From Octopus sinensis (taxonomy: Eukaryota): a stretch of 64,000 bases of DNA. Positions 61,084-64,000 of this stretch are shown here, in pieces. Made by a program: the position numbers and the translations under genes. The stretch covers positions 4,154,001-4,218,000 of the forward strand of contig NC_043006.1 of NCBI RefSeq assembly GCF_006345805.1, written 5' to 3'. The notes below the pieces were generated by a model. That model ran no database searches. It was not told the DNA's origin and was given only the letters and a program-made list of their open reading frames with translations. Numbering within the stretch: position 1 is the stretch's first letter; each line of letters opens with the position of its first letter.

Positions 61084-64000
61084 ATGAACAATCAGCCATC
61101 CCCTGTATATCATCATCTGAAATCCAGATATAAACTGCTGTCCTTGAATGCCCGTAGTTTATGTAACAAGGTGCATCTTTTTGTCTCCTACGTCAAAAGT
61201 ATCAACCCAGATTTCATCACAGTCACGGAAACGTGGGCACACTCTGCACTCTGTTATGGAGTTTTCAGCATAGCCGGCTACAACCTGTTCCGCAAAGACC
61301 GCATTAATCGCCGTGGAGGGGGTGTGATGATTTATGTTCGATCAAATCTATCGGCAATCCCCTGTGATGATTTGAACCAATCTCAGCAGGAGGTATTTTT
61401 CTGCAATGTACACATGACCATGTCAACACTTCTGCTCGGAGTCGTTTACCGTCCTCCAAATTATCGCCAAGACGCACAGCTTTTTGATATCCTCAGGGCG
61501 GCTGCCATGAAAACAGCCACATATGTGTATGTTACGGGGGACTTCAATTTCCCTGAGATTGACTGGGAGGCCTTCCGTTGGCCGCAAAGTGCAGACGATT
61601 TCCTTGAACTGGTGCTGAATTCGAATTGGTCCCAAGTTGTTACCTCCCCCACAAGGGGTAACAACACTTTGGATCTGCTACTTACCGCTTCTCTTGAAAC
61701 AATCATTAGTGTCACTACTGAAGAACCTTTAGGTTACTCTGATCATTCCATGATCATGGCCGACTTGTCTCTGATTGGTTGTAACAAAAAACACAACCAT
61801 CTTCAGATTGCCCGCTTTGACTGGAATAAAGCAAACTGGAGCTCTTATTGTACTGAGCTGCAACGCCCGAACTGGCGCGAATTTTATGCCTCTGGAGATG
61901 TGGACACTATACTCCAGAACATTCTGAATTTAATATGGGCAGCATGTGCAGCATCAGTACCACGCAAGCACAAAAAAAACACCCAATAGTGCAATTTGGG
62001 AGACTGCAGCAGTCCGACTTGCCAGGAAAGAACGCCGTAATGCTGAATGGGAATACAAATTGCACAAATCAGAGAGCAACAGGAAAAAGCGCAATAGGTC
62101 AGCCAACCACCTCAAGCAGGGGACAAAAAAGGCAGTGCTTGAATTTGAACAACGCATTGCAGCTAACCCTGACAGCAAAGGGTTCTGGAAGTATGTGCAC
62201 TCAAAGCAGAGACCCCACTCTCCTGTTGGTCCCCTTCGCAATCCCCTCACAGGACAGATTACTGGCAATCCCGAAGAATGTGCAGAAATCATTGCTGGAT
62301 GCTATGCCGGCATCTTTACTGTCGAAGACCAAAATGTTCCATCATCATCACCACTGACATCGGACTCTATATCTTCTATGCAATTTACACCAGCAATGCT
62401 GCAACGCCACCTAAAGAATAAACGCAATTATGCCTCTCCTGGTCTCGATGGTGTTACATACCTACTTCTCAAACGCGGTGGGTACTCTCTTCTAAGCCAA
62501 CTTTCTCTATTCTTCCAATTCTGTCTTGACAATGGTGTTACTCCAGAACAGTGGAAAACTGCCAGTGTCATCCCTCTGTTCAAAAAAGGCGACCGCACAT
62601 CGCCTGTCAACTATCGCCCCGTCAGTCTTACCAGCTGCATCGCCAAACTGATGGAATTCTGTATCAGAGAAACCCTCTGGAACTTCTGGAAGTCTCACAG
62701 CCTCATCCAGCCGTCACAATTCGGATTTATTTTTAACTCCAGCTGCTGTAATCAACTCATCGAGTTTCTTGAGGATGTTACCCAAATCACTGATCGCGGA
62801 TCCTGGGTGGATGTTGTTTACCTGGACTTTGCTAAGGCTTTTAACTCTGTGCCACACAAAAGACTTATGGTGAAGCTTTCTGCGTTGGGTGTAAGAGACG
62901 AACTCTATAACTGGTTAAAGTCCTTTATTTTCGGCCGAAAAGAGGTTGTCACAGTTCTAGGACAGCCCTCTTCGCCCTATGAGATGACATCTGGTGTGCC
63001 GCAGGGATCTGTTCTTGGCCCTCTTTTATTTGTTGCATATGTTAATGACATAGATGCCAACTTAAAGAATGCCACAGTGCTGAAATATGCAGATGACATC
63101 AAGCTGTACCTCGAAATAAAGAGGTCAAATTCTATACACTATGGATCTCTATTGCAAGCAGACCTGGACACAATGCAGCAGTGGATCATGGACTGGCAAT
63201 TCAAGCTGGCTGTGGACAAATGTACCACCATGCATTTTGGGAGGAGAAACCCAGCGTCCACCTACTCCCTCCACAACACTAGTCTCAAAAAGTCTTCAAG
63301 TGAACGTGACCTGGGTGTTATTGTCGACAGTGATTTGCGTTGGACAAAACACATCGCCAAAATTGTCAAGAAGGCTGAGGGTGTCTTGGCATCACTCACC
63401 AAATCCTTTGTGAGCCGCTCTCCGGCTATCTATCTGCGGCTTTATATAGCTATGGTAAGACCTCACCTGGAATTTGCACCACCGGTCTGGAACCCCTATC
63501 TTGCCCAGGACATCAATCGTCTGGAAGCTGTTCAGCGACGTGCAACCAAAAGAATACCCTCCATCAGGCATTTGCCATATCCTGAACGCCTTACTTCCCT
63601 GGGCATGGACACATTGAAACTCCGACGTCTGGCAGCTGACCTGGCAGACACCCATAAAGTTATCAACCATCGCATAAACAATAACACTGAGCACCTCTTC
63701 AAACTCCACCCATCTAACACCCGTGGACATATTTACAAAGTAAGAAAACAGCACAGCTCCCATGACTTCAGGAAACATTTTTTCACGCTGAGAGTTGCTG
63801 AAGCGTGGAACAAACTGCCGGCATCGGTTGTTAGTTGTCGGAGCACTGCATCCTTCAAGACTTCCATGCTTCCTGAGATTCGCCAACACTACACTTGATT
63901 TTCTCCCCTCCATACACACACAAGCATGTTCACTTTCCAGACATTTCTACATTACTGCATGTACTTTATATGCACTTTCTGAGAAGTTGTGGTGCACCTG
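61084..64000 (+). mobile_element. Near-intact CR1-type LINE ORF2 (APE endonuclease + RT) with one frameshift
   Basis: LNARSL, ITVTETW, RKDR..RGGGV, VYRPP, GDFNFP, LDL, SDH; NYRPVSLTS, YLDFAKAF, GVPQGSVLGPLLF, YADD; one extra A in the A8 run 61972-61979; 3' UTR runs to the window end. Confidence 0.95.

Noticed and set aside
61969-61989. Programmed -1 frameshift at A-AAA-AAC between the APE and RT ORFs
   Set aside because: The downstream ORF is in the +1 frame relative to the upstream one, so a -1 slip would not join them. A single extra A in the homopolymer explains it.

Overview
This is AT-rich, repeat-dense animal genomic DNA, not prokaryotic. The SINE families, the (TA)n/(TAA)n/(ATGT)n microsatellites and an [20 protein letters not shown] zinc finger resemble, from recall, an octopod cephalopod. 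Most of the window is transposon debris: CR1-type, RTE and R4/Dong-type LINEs, two Penelope-like elements, Tc1/mariner elements, MITEs and at least three tRNA-derived SINE families. Host-type content is limited to four items. (1) The highlight is a two-exon gene on the + strand (ATG 30119, intron 30168-35292, stop 37100). It encodes a secreted thermolysin-family (M4) zinc metalloprotease with the full bacterial vibriolysin/LasB-like architecture: signal peptide, FTP/PepSY propeptide, HExxH catalytic domain and C-terminal PPC domain. The signal peptide is split by a phase-1 spliceosomal intron, which fits a domesticated horizontally acquired gene. This copy carries a nonsense codon and several frameshifts. 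(2) The 3' exons of a death-domain gene lie on the - strand (42168-49061), including a 21-bp VNTR exon. (3) There is a decayed C2H2 zinc-finger fragment. (4) A candidate signal-peptide exon lies near 2.6 kb. A Penelope-like element at 54791-57995 has 169-bp terminal inverted repeats containing a hammerhead ribozyme fold, and further minimal hammerhead-like motifs occur in small repeats. All assignments come from manual reading and motif recall; no database searches were run.
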